Part shown: one piece after another, positions 37,223 through 54,948 of the stretch
How the letters are laid out: each line of letters starts with the position of its first letter
Position numbering within the stretch: the stretch's first letter is position 1
Assembly: GCA_002189035.1 (NCBI GenBank)
Contig: NEEC01000009.1
Span: 2,294,001-2,358,000 of the forward strand
DNA: 64,000 bases
From: Utricularia gibba
Lineage: Eukaryota > Plantae > Magnoliophyta
Direction: 5' to 3'
The notes under the pieces: generated by a model
Database searches by the model: none
The model's input: only the letters and a program-made list of their open reading frames with translations
What the model was told of the DNA's origin: nothing
Translations under genes and position numbers: made by a program

Positions 37223-37871
37223 GGGTGATCCGGGTGGGCGAAAGGAGAAAGTCGCTTGATATTTCTTCCGAAGACACCCCACGCTTTTCAAAAATTTTGT
37301 TTAGATATTTAAATTCGAGAAAGAACACGAAAAAAAAACAGGTTTTATTTCTTATAAGGTATAAAAAGCAATCTTATTTTCTAATATATTAATTACATTG
37401 TAATTATAAGATAATTAAATACACACACTTGTATTATTTCGAAATTTATACGTATTATTATTTTATTATTGAAGTCAAGATGTTTATAAAAAAAGGTGCG
37501 TTCCAACGGTGCAGTCACAGTACAATATTTCTTTCTCTTTTGTTTTCTGCATCATCTCCCTTTCCTCCCCTCAGCTTTCGCTAGCTGTCTATCCTTTGTA
37601 TTTTCGTCTTTGAACAGTTTGTTTATGTCTCTCTCTGCACGCAGATCGGTGTTTTGGCTTCCAAGAATTCTCATTCGCGTCTCCGATTAGGCGTTTTCTC
37701 GCATTTGATTGGCGATGTTGTTGCCTCATCGTGCGGCGATCGTCCATCAGCATTCTGTATACTTTTAGCGGATCCGACAATTTTTAGTCGTCCTTTTTTA
37801 TGGACTGCAGATAAATTAAATTTTGAGTTTCGGGAACTTGGGTTTGGGGCATTTTGATCTGATTGGTTGAT

Positions 37872-41334
<3,463 letters not shown>

Positions 41335-41755
41335 CAGGGTAGGAACTCAACAAAACTCCATGTTTAACAAATTGTAAATGTGCAACAACACTTTCCATAA
41401 GAGCTCAACAAGCTCTGAGTTCCAAATGTCTTTTCTAGAGTTCTTGTGAAGGTGGGCTCATTGAGCTCCCGATTTTTCATCTTTAGGGCATTTTCTCAAT
41501 CTTGGATTGGCCCTACAGTATGTCGAATTCGATGTTATGAATATTTGTTGATGTAAAATAGACAACTGCTGGTACATGTACCATAAAGCGTGTTTGCTAA
41601 TATAGTTGAGTGCAATGGAAGGTGTAAATCAAGTCGAGATATCAGTCTTTACACCTACTTCATGTAACAGCTCAAAATCAAAATTCCATTTGCTTGAGAA
41701 AAAAAGATCACACAGATGGGGATGTGAAATCAGCAACCATCAAAGAATGCGTTAC

Positions 41756-42692
41756 TCAAGCTGATGCTTTCTTGAGCTTAGCAAGCTGAAGCCTAACAGC
41801 TCCAGCCTTCTGCAATGTGGAAGGAGTAGAAACATGCTATCAGGACAGGAACAGAAACCGAAAACACCAATCGACAAGCACGTACAACTGTTGGCTGGTT
41901 AAAAATGTTGGCAACTTTTGCATACCTTGATCTTTGCAAGCATTAGCTTGAACCGGTCAAAATCATTCAGGGAAGCTCTCCTCTTGTGCACAATGAGCTT
42001 CCTGCCCCATGAACTGTTTTCCCACTTCCCCTTCACATCTGTGCAAATGGTGTATGTTAAATGCAATGTACAAAATCTCAACCCAGAGAAACTATATAAG
42101 AAAGCACACCAGCAGCTTCCATGGCATCGATAAGAGCCTTCTTTTTTGGAACCCTTTTTATGTCAATCTTGATGTCGGTTAGGGAAAGCCTCTTGAAGTT
42201 CATTTGGCTCCTTACCATGTCAGGAGCATCCACAAGTGCCTAATTGCATCAACCTTTTTATTACTTCATAGGAGTAATAAATAACGCGGGAAATGTTAAA
42301 GGACATTTCTTCTAGCTTAAAGAAAAAACCACAGGGGCTTTATTTTCAGGGTTCAGAGCAATATAGAACAATATTCCATAATCCATAGATGAGAAAGTAA
42401 AACCTTTTGACTTAAAACTATAATTAAAAACAAACCCATGAATAGAAGAAGAAAAGGAAATAAAACCAGCAAAGAACGAAGTATGCACCCTGTTCTGATC
42501 AATGACATCAACAATGACCACCAGCCTCCCATACTCCTTCCCGTAGTTAACGAGGGCAACGCGCCCGATCTCGACGTACCTCTTGAACGGCTGAAAATTG
42601 GAAACCAAGAGAAATTTCAACCAACGGGAACCTCGAAAAGAAGAGATCAGAAGGGTCAACAGAATCCTTCATCATTCACCCAGACCAACCAT
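41756..42692 (-). CDS. RPL14: 60S ribosomal protein L14 (eL14), 5 coding exons; exon 1 is ATG only
   Basis: M|[34 protein letters not shown]|[22 protein letters not shown]..|[28 protein letters not shown]|[17 protein letters not shown]. Confidence 0.97.
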
Positions 42693-42776
42693 TGCTGCAG
42701 CAGACGAGGCGGCGAGAATTCTGAACGAGGAAGAGAAAGGGAAGGATAGGACTTCGGGCTGTACAATATTAGACTC

Positions 42777-42935
42777 TAGGGTTTCCTTTCGGTGACCCTG
42801 AAGCACTGGATTGGGCTTCATCGGCCCAAGTTCGTATTCAAGTGTTTGCACATTTGTTGGGCTTTAAGACCTAACCAACCCACTACTATGCGAGGTGCAG
42901 CGCCATGTAGGCTTTCTGAAAACATGGTGGGCCCC
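42777..42935. promoter_or_regulatory. Telo-box plus site II elements in the RPL14 / G3BP-like bidirectional promoter
   Basis: TAGGGTTT (reverse complement AAACCCTA) at 42777-42784; TGGGCY/GGCCCA at 42812, 42823, about 42859 and about 42928. This is the established plant ribosomal-protein promoter module. Confidence 0.7.
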
Positions 42936-43166
42936 TAGAGGATCGCAGCCGTTGAGAAATAGATCAGTGTACGGTCATGATCGCAAGAAAATTTAAGAAT
43001 GGAGAAATTTCACAGTTTCTTAAGGGTTTTTCGGGGAACGTCACTGGAGAATGCACTGCTGCCGTCTTCGATTTTCCGCGCTGTAAGAATTGGAAGCTCT
43101 GAACTTGAAGGAGCAGCTCCGTGGATTTGCTTCTTGGTCTAGGGTTGGGCTTGTCGCGTGGCAAGA

Positions 43167-45722
43167 ATGGCCACTAAGGTTTCCGCGCATCAGGTGAGTT
43201 ACGATCTCGTGTGTGATGCTGCTTAGTCTTGGAGAAGTTATGCAGGTTCTTGCGGTCTCTTGATGGACGATTTGTCGTTTTGGGTATTCTAGGTTGGGTT
43301 GTACTTCGTTCAGCAATATTATCACGTGTTTCAGCAGCAGAGGGATTGTGTGCATCAGTTTTATAATGAATCAAGCGCTATGGTTAGAGTTGATGGTGAG
43401 ATTAGCCAGTCCTCGACTGATCTGATGGTAACGACAACGGCGTCCATTTTAAGACTAAATTTTGTTTCTTTGCCAAAGCTTTTTTGTGATAGATCTTTGG
43501 TTATTGATCCACAGCCTTATCAGCAACTACGCAACTGTGGGTTTAGCTTTGTTCCTGCGTTTTTAAAAAGGATTTTACTGATGGCTTGGATAGATTTATA
43601 CTCGAATAATCCTTAAATTAGTTATTATTTATGTGCAGAAAATTCATCAGGAACTCATGGCGTTGAATTTCATAGCAATTGAGATTAAAACTATTAACTC
43701 CCTTGACTCCTGGAATGGAGGAGTTCTGGTAGTTGTTTCTGGAGCTGTCCAGTCAAGAGATTTTGTTGGTTGGAGGAGATTTGTCCAGACCTTTTTTCTT
43801 GCCCCTCAAGGGAAAGGCTACGTTGTTCTAAATGATGTGTTTCAATTTGCTGATGAGGAGGCACAACACCATCCTTCAGCTCCACTTGCAGATGAGATTC
43901 CTGTTGTTGACTATAAGGGCACTGTTCCTACCGAGTTTTCTGCTGCAGCAGGTGGACATCGTAAGTATTTGGTTGTTCCTTTCAGTTCATGAACTCTAGA
44001 AGGTCTTTACCTTTCAGAACATTTCTCCCATCTTTCATGTTCTGGGTTGCGTTCCCGTAAGTATTAGTTTTGGGGCATTGAGTTTTAGGAAATGTTAATA
44101 GTGTCCAACCTAATGCTGTTTGTTGTGCAATAGAACCTGATTTTGCCTCAGATGAGGAAGCTGGGGAATATGGTAATTCAGATCATATTGTTGGCGAAAA
44201 TCCTGCTCAAGAGTATAGTTATGAAGATCATCTTCAAGAGGACACTGATCAAGAGCCCGATCCAGAGCTAGACCTCGAGTCTGCAGCAAAGGGATTAGGG
44301 GAAGAAAAACGCTTTGGTGATCACAATTCCTTGCATCAAAGTGCCGCTTCTCATTTTTATGAGTCTCAGCATGCGGCTGAGCAACCTTGTAGAGAACCAG
44401 AGAAGCTGTCCTATGCCTCTATAGTAAGCTATTTTTCTATGATGCACAAAATATTCCTCATCCCACCTGTGATAGTTTTTCCCTTTTCTCATTATCATTT
44501 TCCAGATGAGCATCTTCTTTATTTTGTGTATTCTCTTCAGTTACGAGCTAAAGGGAAGGCACAACCATCAAGTACATATCAGCAAACGTTTAGCCAGAGC
44601 ACATCATTTGTATCTGATTGGAACGCTACTTCAGAGATTCTGCCTCAACAGTCGAACACAAGTCTTCCAAGTTCCGAAGTTGATGTTGCAGAAGAAGTTG
44701 TTCCTTCACAGAAAGGTATAGCTTTCTACCTTCATGCTTGTCACCTATTTCTAAAAGTCAAGGCATGTTGTCCGTCACTCAGCCTCAATATTTGTGTGTG
44801 TTTCATAGGATACGGCTTTGTGTGTGGTTAAGTTCTGATTTAACCAAAATTTTGTTTATCATTACCGTCATCCCTTATCCCTAAGAAGCTGAAATGTTTG
44901 AATGTGACTGGAATGCTGTAAACGTTCCTGCTATAAAAGATCCGTTTTTTCAGGGGAATCATTATCTGTGTACGTGAGGAACCTGCCATCCTCCATAACG
45001 ACAACAGATATTTTGCAAGAGTTTGAGAACTTTGGTAAAGTCAAGCAAGATGGTATCTTCTTGAGGAATATAATGGTTTGTCTCCTCCGTAATTTCCTTT
45101 TATTTGTGCCCCAACTACATTTTCCCAAGATCTCTAATTCTGGGAATGGTACACAGGACACGGGAGTCTCCTATGCCTTTGTCGAGTTTGAAAGTATTCG
45201 AAGTGTTCATGATGCTATCAAGGTTTGTATTTTGACAAATAGAAGCCTACTCTGGTTTTAGTTTATTGATTCTGGTCCCAGCTAATCTTGCCTTTTGGGA
45301 TTAAAATTTTTCTTGTGTTTCTTCAGGCATCTCCTATTCAGTTAGCTGGAAGGAAAGTGTACATCGAGGAGAGGAGACCCAATAACAGCCTTTCTTCTCG
45401 CGGTGGAAGTATGTACCTTTTGTTTTCCTGCGTTTTAAAGTTCGGTCATTTATTCCCCGATAGTTGCCTTCCCGGAGTTGATAACGAGCTTGTTCTTTGG
45501 CAACTCAAGATGGTTTTGTTCCACACACACTCACTAATGCACACAAAATGAGACTCAAACAATTTATCATCTCCTTTCTTTCCTCTCAAATGATGGCAAT
45601 CTTGCTGTTCCAGCATCCTCCCTCATTAACATGACCCTGCTTTTTCGATATTTGTCTGGTTAGGAAATGCTGGAAGAGGCAGAGGTGGGCGCGGTGGAAG
45701 ATCCTACGGCAGATCAACTTGA
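43167..45722 (+). CDS. NTF2 + RRM + RGG protein (G3BP-like), about 9 exons
   Basis: VGLYFVQQYYHVF..VHQFYNESS, SLDSWNGGVLVVVSG, FVQTFFLAPQGKGYVVLNDVF, KLSYASI, SVYVRNLP, SYAFVEFE, VYIEERRP, GRGRGGRGGR tail. Confidence 0.92.
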
Positions 45723-46307
45723 AGCAACAACCCTGGCGTCAGCCACCATTGCCTTGGATATCAAGTAGCAAGTCAAGTATCAAGATTTTCTTTACAGCGG
45801 CTTGGAAACACCATTCAGCTCATGTACTCACTCCCATCGTACATGGGAGAGACTTGACTGATAATCACCTTTCTTTTCCGAGCATGAGCGCCGGGTTGTG
45901 AGTTTCAGATACTTGTTTTTAAAACTGTCTTTTTTTCCCAAGCCTTTTTTGATGGTGAAGTCTGGTAACTTCGAAAGCAGGCACTGGACGTGCTTCCCAA
46001 AGGGAATGGCTCCAGCTTGTCCAAAAAGGAAAAAAGAACTTCATCATTTGGCAAATTTAATACCAAAGAAAATTTGAAATGGAAATTTGTTGGAAAATAA
46101 TTAAAGTTTATTTTCGAATATAAAAGAAGCAGACGATTGTTGACTGCAGTGAATGTATATCAGTTTTCGAGGTTTAACGCTTTCAAGTTTCATCGACGGG
46201 CAGTGCCACTCCAGCCTTGCGGTTCCTTCTTTTTCCCGGTTTTCGGTCCCAAGGAATCCACATCGCATCGCAGTTCCCTGCAGGCGGATCCGATTCTGCA
46301 TTCCGCC

Positions 46308-49300
46308 ATGGAAGAGGCACTGGAGCTTGCGCGTGCCAAGGACACCAAGGAGCGGATGGCCGGAGTTGAGCGTCTACATGAACTGCTCGAGGGATCTAGG
46401 AAGCCGTTGTCCTCATCGGAGGTCGATTCTCTCGTCGATGTGTGCTTGGATCTTTTGAAGGACAATAACTTCCGAGTGTCCCAAGGGGCGCTGCAGGCGC
46501 TTGCTTCGGCGTCTGTGCTCTCTGGTGAACATTTTAAGCTTCACTTTAATGCCCTTGTTCCGGCGGTAGTTGAGAGATTGGGTGATGCTAAGCAGCCGGT
46601 TCGGGATGCCGCCAGGAGGTTTTTGCTTACGCTTATGGAGGTACTGTTTTCCGCATTTGATTATGTGGTGCATTTCATTTCATCATTGCGATGAGTGAAC
46701 TTACTGGAGTGGCCTAGGTTTAGCTTTTTGAGTCTTGAATTTGTGCTCTAGGTGGAATTTGTTTTTTTTCTCCACCGACACTTTTGGCCTTTTTTGAGGG
46801 GCGGGTGTGGGGATGTTGATTTATTAACCTCCAGCGGATATCTTGCAAGCCTAGTTGTTCAGTTTTCCTCCACATTTGGGCTGCAGGTGTCTTCCCCTAC
46901 GATAATAGTTGAAAGAGCAGGATCGTACGCTTGGACACACAGAAGTTGGAGAGTCCGTGAGGAGTTTGCTCGTACTGTTACATCATCTATTGGATTGTTT
47001 GCGTCTACAGAACTACCACTTCAACGAGCTATTCTTCCGCCTGTATGTTGATTTTGTCTGTCATTCTGATGAATTTGGAGAATGCATAATACCATATTCA
47101 ATTTTGCCGCCAGTTTAAGGCCTCATGCGTTTTTATCCTGAATCAGATTTTGCATATGCTTACTGATCCAAATCCTGCTGTGAGGGATGCAGCAACCTCG
47201 TGTATTGAGGTTAGAGAAATCCATGACAGATTTTCTGCCCATACCTTGCATTTCTCCTATGTTTTGAATGATCATTATATACCGCCGGTTATTAAAAACA
47301 AAACTATTTAGAGGAACATTGGTACAGCATTAGGGAGAGAAAATTCAAGCAGATATTTTGAGATATTTGGGTATAGAAGGGGCAATGTTTTAGTACAACC
47401 AAAAAACCTTGCTGGACGTTGAGAATTAGAAGGATAGGGTGAGGGAGTGTAATTTATCTGAGAGAAAAGAAATCGAACGTGACAAAATTGGATAGCCCGA
47501 AGGATTATGGTATTTGATTTAAATTGGTACGAGATTATTAGTAATTTAGGTGGTAATATCAGATGTTATTAATGGTTCTGGTTGACTGGCTGTAGAATTT
47601 CTTTATCATTTGCCATTTTTTGTTGGCACTTGCTACTTGCTGTCAGTATTCATTCTCCGTTATTTTTTATATCCTCTAGGAGATGTTCTCTCAGGCTGGT
47701 CCTCAGTTTCTTGAAGAACTGACTCGACATAACATAAGCATGCCACTGGTAATATTAGTGCATTCAGTTCAATTCCTGGAGGTTTCTTTTATCTTCTGCT
47801 CTTTTTTTGCATTTTGATAATGTTGGTTATTTTCCCCCCCTACTACAGTTAAAAGATATTAATTCAAGGTTAGAGAAAATCGAACCAAAAGTTCAATCTT
47901 CCAGTGTGATGTCGGTTAATCATTCATCTAGTGAGGCAAAACCTGCTCTTGTGAACCCCAAGAAGAGTAGCCCCAAGCCTAAGAGCAATGCACGAGAGGT
48001 TGCACTCCTTGCTGGTTAGTCCACATTTAGATATTATATCTGTTGGTGGAATTAGCATTTGCATTTTAACTTAGCTCCTTTTCTATGAGCAGCAGAGGGA
48101 GATATCACAGAAAAACCAATTGAACCAGTTAAGGTATACTCAGAGAAAGAGCTTACAAGAGAGTTTGAGAAGATTGCTTCCACTCTTATACCTGAAAAAG
48201 ATTGGCCAATACGCATTGCCGCCATGCAAAGAGTTGAAGGCCTTGTTGTTGGAGGTCTGTTGTGTAGTCATAAAGGATTTTTGGTGCAATGATTTTATGA
48301 AGTGGGTATATGTATTACCTACGTTAAAATGGTTTTTTTGGTGCTGTAGCTCAACTATTTCTTATAAATTTTGTGAACAGGAAAGAAAATTTCTGAAATA
48401 TTTCTTGTCTTCTAGGTGCCACCGATTACCCCAGTTTTAGAGGACTTCTAAAACAGCTTGTTGGTCCCTTGAGTACACAGCTATCTGATCGACGTTCTAG
48501 CATTGTTAAACAGGTTTGAAAAAAGAGATGCAATTGTCTTTTCATTTGAATATGTAGGAAGGCAAAAATGTTACCACGTAAAAAAAAAAAAAAAAATCTC
48601 AAGGGTCAACTAAAATGCAATCATCATGATTTTAAGTATTCATCATGTAATCATTTCACTTCTACAAGGCATGCCATTTGCTGTGCTTCTTATCAAAAGA
48701 TCTATTGGGGACTTTGAGGCATGTGCCGAAATGTTTATTCCGGTGAGAACAATTTTTTTTCGTATTTGCATGACTTGCTTTTATTATGTATTAACTTGAA
48801 AGGTATTTCCTGTCAACGTAGGTTCTTTTCAAGCTTGTTGTGATAACAGTTCTTGTGATTGCAGAATCCGCTGATAACTGCATAAAGACGGTAACATTTT
48901 TTTTCCTGTTTCAAGAGATTATTTTTTCTTCATCACACAAGTCCTCATTTATATTCCACATTTAGATGCTACGAAACTGCAAGGTCTCCCGTGCACTTCC
49001 TAAGATTGTTGATTGTGCGAAGAATGATCGTAATGCAGTGCTTCGTGCTAGGTACCATTCGTCTCTGAATTGCATTGTCCCTAGTTTTGTAAAATGTTAT
49101 CTTGTTGCTCCATGGAAAGCCCTTTTTTTTTTTAATTTTTTGTGGTGCTATGCTCCAGGTGTTGTGAGTATGCACTTCTAATCCTTGAATATTGGGCTGA
49201 TGCACCAGAAATACAACGTTCACCTGACCTTTATGAAGACCTTATTGGATGCTGTGTGGCAGATGCAATGAGCGAGGTATAAAAATTGTTTCCTAGATTT

Positions 49301-52300
49301 TCCTGTTGTAATCTTTTGGATGCCTTGTGGTATTTACTCTTCTGTATGTTCCATGAAACATATTCTCTTCGTCTTTTTACCTGTTCTATCATCAGTACTG
49401 GTACCAATCCCGCATTTTGCAATTGAATGTGACAGGTGCGTTCTATTGCAAGAACTTGTTACAGGATGTTCGCAAAAACATGGCCTGATCGCTCTCGGCG
49501 TTTGTTTTCATCCTTCGATCATGTTGTTCAAAGGGTATTGCATGCATATTGAATGCTTAATTCCCCTTTGTATACTAATGGGCTAACAGACTCTTTTTAG
49601 GTGATAAATGATGAGGATGGAGGAATGCACAGAAGGCATACGTCCCCTTCCATACGTGAAAGAGTTTCAAATCCATCTTTTACTTCTCATGTTCCTGGTT
49701 ATGGAACTTCTGCAATAGTAGCAATGGATAGGACTTCTAGTATGAGTTCAGGAACACCTCTGACCACCGGGCATCTACTTTCACAAGCAAAATCTTCTGT
49801 AAAGGGCACAGAACGCAGTTTGGAAAGCGTTCTGCAATCTAGCAAACAAAAGGTTTCAGCAATAGAAAGTATGCTTAGAGGTTTGAATGTGTCAGAGAAA
49901 AATAGTTCCTCCAGTTTGGATTTAGGTACTTGCAAGCATATTGACTTGCTCGTGCATCCTAAATATATCGAATCTCATGTGAATAGCATTTATATATTGC
50001 ACTTTCCTTTGTGCAGGGGTTGATCCTCCCTCTGCTCGTGATCCACCACTTCCCCTGGCAGTTCCAGCTTCAAACAGCATGACAAACTTCCGTTTTGATC
50101 CAGTTTCTGGTACTTCAAAAGACAGCAGTCGAAATGGCAGCTTAGTTCTATCTGAAATAATGGCACAAATACATGCTTCCAAAGAGTCTGGTATTCTCCC
50201 TTCCCAGAATACTATGGGAAGTAATCTTTTATCAGTGCATTCTTCTTTCTCCAGTCGAAGAGTTCCTGAACAATTACGAGGTATGGGGTTAGGTGAAGAA
50301 AATGCTGATTTTAGGGAAATGCGGCGATATGCAAACACTCATATGGAGAGACAAATCATGGACACATCCGTCAAAGATGGTAACTCTAGGGATGTACCAA
50401 ATTTCCAGCGCCCTCTTCTAAGAAAAAATGTGGTAGGACGGATGTCAGCTCCAAGGAGGAGCTTTGATGAAAGTCAGCTTCCACTGGGAGATTTATCTAG
50501 TAATCCAGATGCTCCTGCTTCTCTTAATGAGGCTTTAAATGAGGGTCTCAGTTCTAGGTCAGATTGGAATGCTCGGGTAGCTGTATTTGACTATATTCAT
50601 TCCTTGCTTCAGGAAGGTACAAGAGGGGTTCAAGAAATAATACAGAGTTTTGAGAAGGTCATGAAACTATTTTTCCGGCATTTGGATGATCCACATCACA
50701 AGGTTGCTCAAGCAGCCTTGTCGACACTCTCGGATCTTATTCCAGTGTGTAGAAAGCCATTTGAAAGTTACATGGAGAGAACTCTCCCTCATGTATTTTC
50801 TCGACTAATCGACCCAAAGGAATCAGTAAGGCACCCTTGTTCAACCACATTGGAAGTTGTAGGTAAGACATATGCAGCAGATTCTCTTCTGCCAGCTTTG
50901 TTACGATCACTAGATGAACAGCGGTCTCCCAAAGCCAAATTGGCTGTGATTGAATTTGCTATTGGATCCTTCAACAAGCATGTACCAAGTTCTGAAGGTT
51001 CTACAAATGTCGGCATCCTTAAGCTATGGCTTGCGAAATTAAACCCACTTGTGCACGATAAGAATATAAAGTTGAAAGAAGCTGCTGCAACATGCATAAT
51101 ATCAGTATACACCCGTTTTGATTCTGTTGCTGTATTGAATTATATACTTAGCTTATCAATTGAAGAACAGAACACATTGAGGCGAGTTCTCAAGCAGTAT
51201 ACTCCTCGGATTGAAGTTGATTTGATGAACTTTCTTCAAAACAAGAGACGTGGCAAGTCTACCTATGATCCTTCTGATTCAATTGGAACCCAGTCAGATG
51301 ATGGTTGCATTGGGTCTTCAAAGAAGGGCCCTTCTATTGGAAGGTATTCATCTGGTGTTATTGATGTGGACGGTGCTAGAAAGTGGAGCTCTCCTCAGGA
51401 TGAACCCCTGTATGGCTCAGCCGGAACATTAAAATCTGATGATGGTCGCCAGGGTCTACAATTTCAAGTAGTGGATGCTCACTTAAGCTTGGATGCTCTC
51501 AAGTCTAGTTATGATTGTCTAAAATATGTACCTTGCGCGCCTGGTATTACCGATGGAACTTGGGAAAGAGACCAGCCAAGCAACGAGTTGTCTTCAACAC
51601 CGGAATTGGATATCAGTGTGTTGGTTGGGTCTGATCACCTGCAGAAGTCTAGCGAACTTGGAGATGAAAAGGAGCACTCAACTGAAGTAGTCCTGAATTA
51701 TTCTGAACTTTCGGGTTTTAAACTGAATGCAACTGCAGAAACAGAGCCAAGTATTCCCCAGATTCTGCATTTGGTCAGTACTACCATAAATGCTCTTCTT
51801 TCGAGAAATCATCTCGTATTTTTGTTTGGGGGATGCAGTTTTTTCTTTAATTATTTGTGTATCCATCTTTTTTGTATTCATCCTCTTTTAAAGATATGCA
51901 ATGGTGATGACGGAAGTGTGATGGAAAACAAGCGCGGTGCACTTCAGAGATTGATTAATGTATCTACATCTGGTGATCACTCTGTCTGGAAAAAGGTTCA
52001 AGTTACCTATGCTTTTCCTTTTTGCAAATTCATGCGCTTCTTTTCTCCTTTAGGATGCACAGCAGTGGTCACTACATTTTCCTTTACTTATTTAGTGTGT
52101 AACTGTAAGAGGATTAAATGCGTGATGGTTGATAACTGGCATGTGTGCTTCAGTATTTCAATCAGATATTGACGGCTGTGCTTGAAGTGTTGGATGATAC
52201 TGAGTCATCAATCCGTGAGCTAGCCCTTGCACTGATCCTGGAAATGTTGAAGAATCAGGTTCTTATATATAGATATGATATGATGTTATCGTTAAGGAAG

Positions 52301-53340
52301 TTTTATACCGTATTGATGGATATGTGCCTTTTTTGAAATTATCCAGAAGAATTTCATGGAGGATACATTTGAGATTGTCATTGAGAAGTTGCTTCACGTG
52401 ACCAAGGATAGTGTTCTAAAGGTAAGTAGCAACTCCTGAATCTCAATGGCCTCTTCCAAGATTTTTTTTTTTCTATTTGTTTCTGCCATTGAATTCAGGT
52501 TGCAAATGATTCCGAACATTGCTTGACTGCAATTCTGTCACAGTACGACCCATTTAGATGTCTAAGTGTAAGTAAAATATTGAAATATAATCATGTCCAG
52601 ATGTGAGTAATCTTGGTTTTTCTGCTTGGCTCAGTCTTTCCTAAATATTTTACTCATGCAATGATTTAGGTTATCGTCCCATTGCTTGTGGCTGAAGATG
52701 AGAAAACACTGGTGACATGCATCAACTGTTTGACTAAGGTATCCTTTTATTGACAGTGGATTTTAAATAAACAACAACTACATCTGGATATTATTGAGTA
52801 TAATAATGCACTTCTCTGTTGCATACAGTTGGTTGGCAGGCTCTCTCAAGAGGAACTGATGACTCAGCTGCCCTCATTCTTGCCTGCACTTTTTGACGCA
52901 TTTGGGAATCAGAGTGCAGATGTTCGCAAGGTATCAAACGGTTACCAGTTTCTTTTGAGAAAGTAATGCATAATAAAACTCCTGAGTTGATGAAGTGAAA
53001 TCTTGATTCTGAAGCTGAACCTTTGAAGAGTTACTGATATTAGCTGCTATTGTTTTCCCTCTTCAGTATTATCATTCATACGACGAGTCTGATATTTTTG
53101 CTTATGATTTGGGTGCCGTCTACTTACGATTAACCACTGTCCTAATTTGTCCTGATACTTGTATTTTCCTTTTTGCTACAGACTGTTGTCTTCTGCCTGG
53201 TTGACATTTACATTAAGCTCGGAAAAGCATTTTTGCCGTACTTGGAGGGCCTTAGCAGCACTCAGCTACGGCTGGTTACAATATATGCGAACAGGATATC
53301 TCAAGCTAGAAATGCTGTGCCACTCGATGCCAACCAATGA
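46308..53340 (+). CDS. CLASP: CLIP-associated protein (HEAT/TOG microtubule regulator), multi-exon
   Basis: MEEALELARAKDTKERMAGVERL, DNNFRVSQGALQAL, VERLGDAKQPVRDA, HRSWRVREEFAR, DDPHHKVAQAAL, DEQRSPKAKLAVIEF, NQSADVRKTVVFCLVDIY, QLRLVTIYANRISQAR. Confidence 0.97.
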
Positions 53341-53736
53341 TTTCCTGCTTGATCGTACGGCATCGAGATGGTTGTATACTCATTGCTGATACTAATCATT
53401 CTTTTATAGCTTGTGCATATCTGTGCAGAAGTGTCTTTTGGAATGATTTCTACGACCACGAAGGTCATTTTGTTGTGCATGGTTTCTTGAACTCCTGCAA
53501 AGGCAGAGGAGCATATTGATCCTGTTGCAAATGGTGTTTTATCTACTGTATAGGATATGGCTTGCTGAACATCATTGCCTATGTGGTGCTTGCTGCCCAA
53601 TAGCCTCAACAAGTCAGCGGGCATTAAAATAAACTTGACACAAACTGCAGATTAGGTTAAACCTGTTTCTTGTAATCCCAAGAACCTTAACTGAAATTTG
53701 GGAACAGTTATATATATGAATCCACTTGCTCTTGGA

Positions 53737-54948
53737 TCAATCTTCAGCATCCGAGCTACCTCCATCCGTGCTGTAACCACTGCTGCTATCATCCTCAATG
53801 TCAAGCTGCACATGGCGTACCTGGATAGTATCTGGTGGTTTGGCCAAGCCAGGGGCCAGCACAGGCCTTAACTGGGGTTGTTCGGCAATGGTCCTCGGTG
53901 GAACAGGAAGAGAATCCACCGGCAATGTGATCGGATCACCAGGCTTCCACCCCGGTGGGGGAAGAGGCAGTTCCACAGGCATGCCGGGTTTCCATCCTGA
54001 TGGCACCGAAATGTTTGGAGGAATCAGGCCCTGAAGAGCCTTCACAGCATCCACGGCAGCAGTGGTTTCAATCATCGGTTCTATTAGCAATGGCTGCTCC
54101 TCTTTCTCCTTTCCTGTACTGGGCAACCCGATGTCAGCTTCTGCAAAGGTGTACAACTGAGATGCACGCATCTGCTCCTCCTGTGGAGCAGGAGGCAGCG
54201 CTCCACGGAGTGGGGCTTGACCTGCACCGAATTCTGGAGGAGCAAAGGTTGTGTAGCTAATCTTGTGAGCATATGACATGATATCACTTAGGTTTAGCTG
54301 CGTTGCAACAGTGGTTGTTGAGGAATCATCTCCATCATTCACTGTCTTGGTTCGTTTAGGGCGATGATAGTCAGAATAATCATCAACGAGTATGTCTAGA
54401 ACATTCTCTGTCTCTTTGAGTTTCTTGGCGAAGGCAAGGATGGCAGAATCTTTCAACCGGATTTCACGGGAAAGCTTCTGTTTAGCATCTTGAAGATCAA
54501 GGATCTCTTTTAGTTCCGCAACAGCTTCAAAAAGTTGAGTCTGAAGTGTTGTAAACTGAGCAATAATTTCTTTGGCACTGGACGGAAGGGACTCCGACGG
54601 TGTTGAAGCTGAGGACTGCATTTGCGAAGACAGAAATGAGGGCAGAGACCCTCTAAATGCACTCACCCAATGGGCACGGTTTGGTGAGACATGAAACAGC
54701 TTAGAGGCAAGAGAAGCCATTTGCAGTAGAAGAGATTGAGCTCTCGGTAGAGGTGGTAGAAGAGGAAGGAGGGTCGAAGAAAAGACTGGAGCACCCGACT
54801 GGCTTCCAGAAGAATGGGGCTGAACTGTTTGCGGACTCGGAGATGAAAATTTAGGCACATTCGAGCTGGGAAGAGATGGAGAGTTGGGATTTGGCAGGAC
54901 GAGCCTCCCTGGAGACTGCAGGATCTGGTGTGGCACATTTTGTAGCAT
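53737..54948 (-). CDS. MED4: Mediator subunit 4, intronless
   Basis: MLQNVPHQILQSPGRL, QLFEAVAELKEILDLQDAK, YAHKISYTTFAPPEFGAGQAPLRGALPPAPQEEQMRASQLY, PSGWKPGMPVELP, VRHVQLDI. Confidence 0.93.
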   Translation of the reverse strand: MLQNVPHQILQSPGRLVLPNPNSPSLPSSNVPKFSSPSPQTVQPHSSGSQSGAPVFSSTLLPLLPPLPRAQSLLLQMASLASKLFHVSPNRAHWVSAFRGSLPSFLSSQMQSSASTPSESLPSSAKEIIAQFTTLQTQLFEAVAELKEILDLQDAKQKLSREIRLKDSAILAFAKKLKETENVLDILVDDYSDYHRPKRTKTVNDGDDSSTTTVATQLNLSDIMSYAHKISYTTFAPPEFGAGQAPLRGALPPAPQEEQMRASQLYTFAEADIGLPSTGKEKEEQPLLIEPMIETTAAVDAVKALQGLIPPNISVPSGWKPGMPVELPLPPPGWKPGDPITLPVDSLPVPPRTIAEQPQLRPVLAPGLAKPPDTIQVRHVQLDIEDDSSSGYSTDGGSSDAED

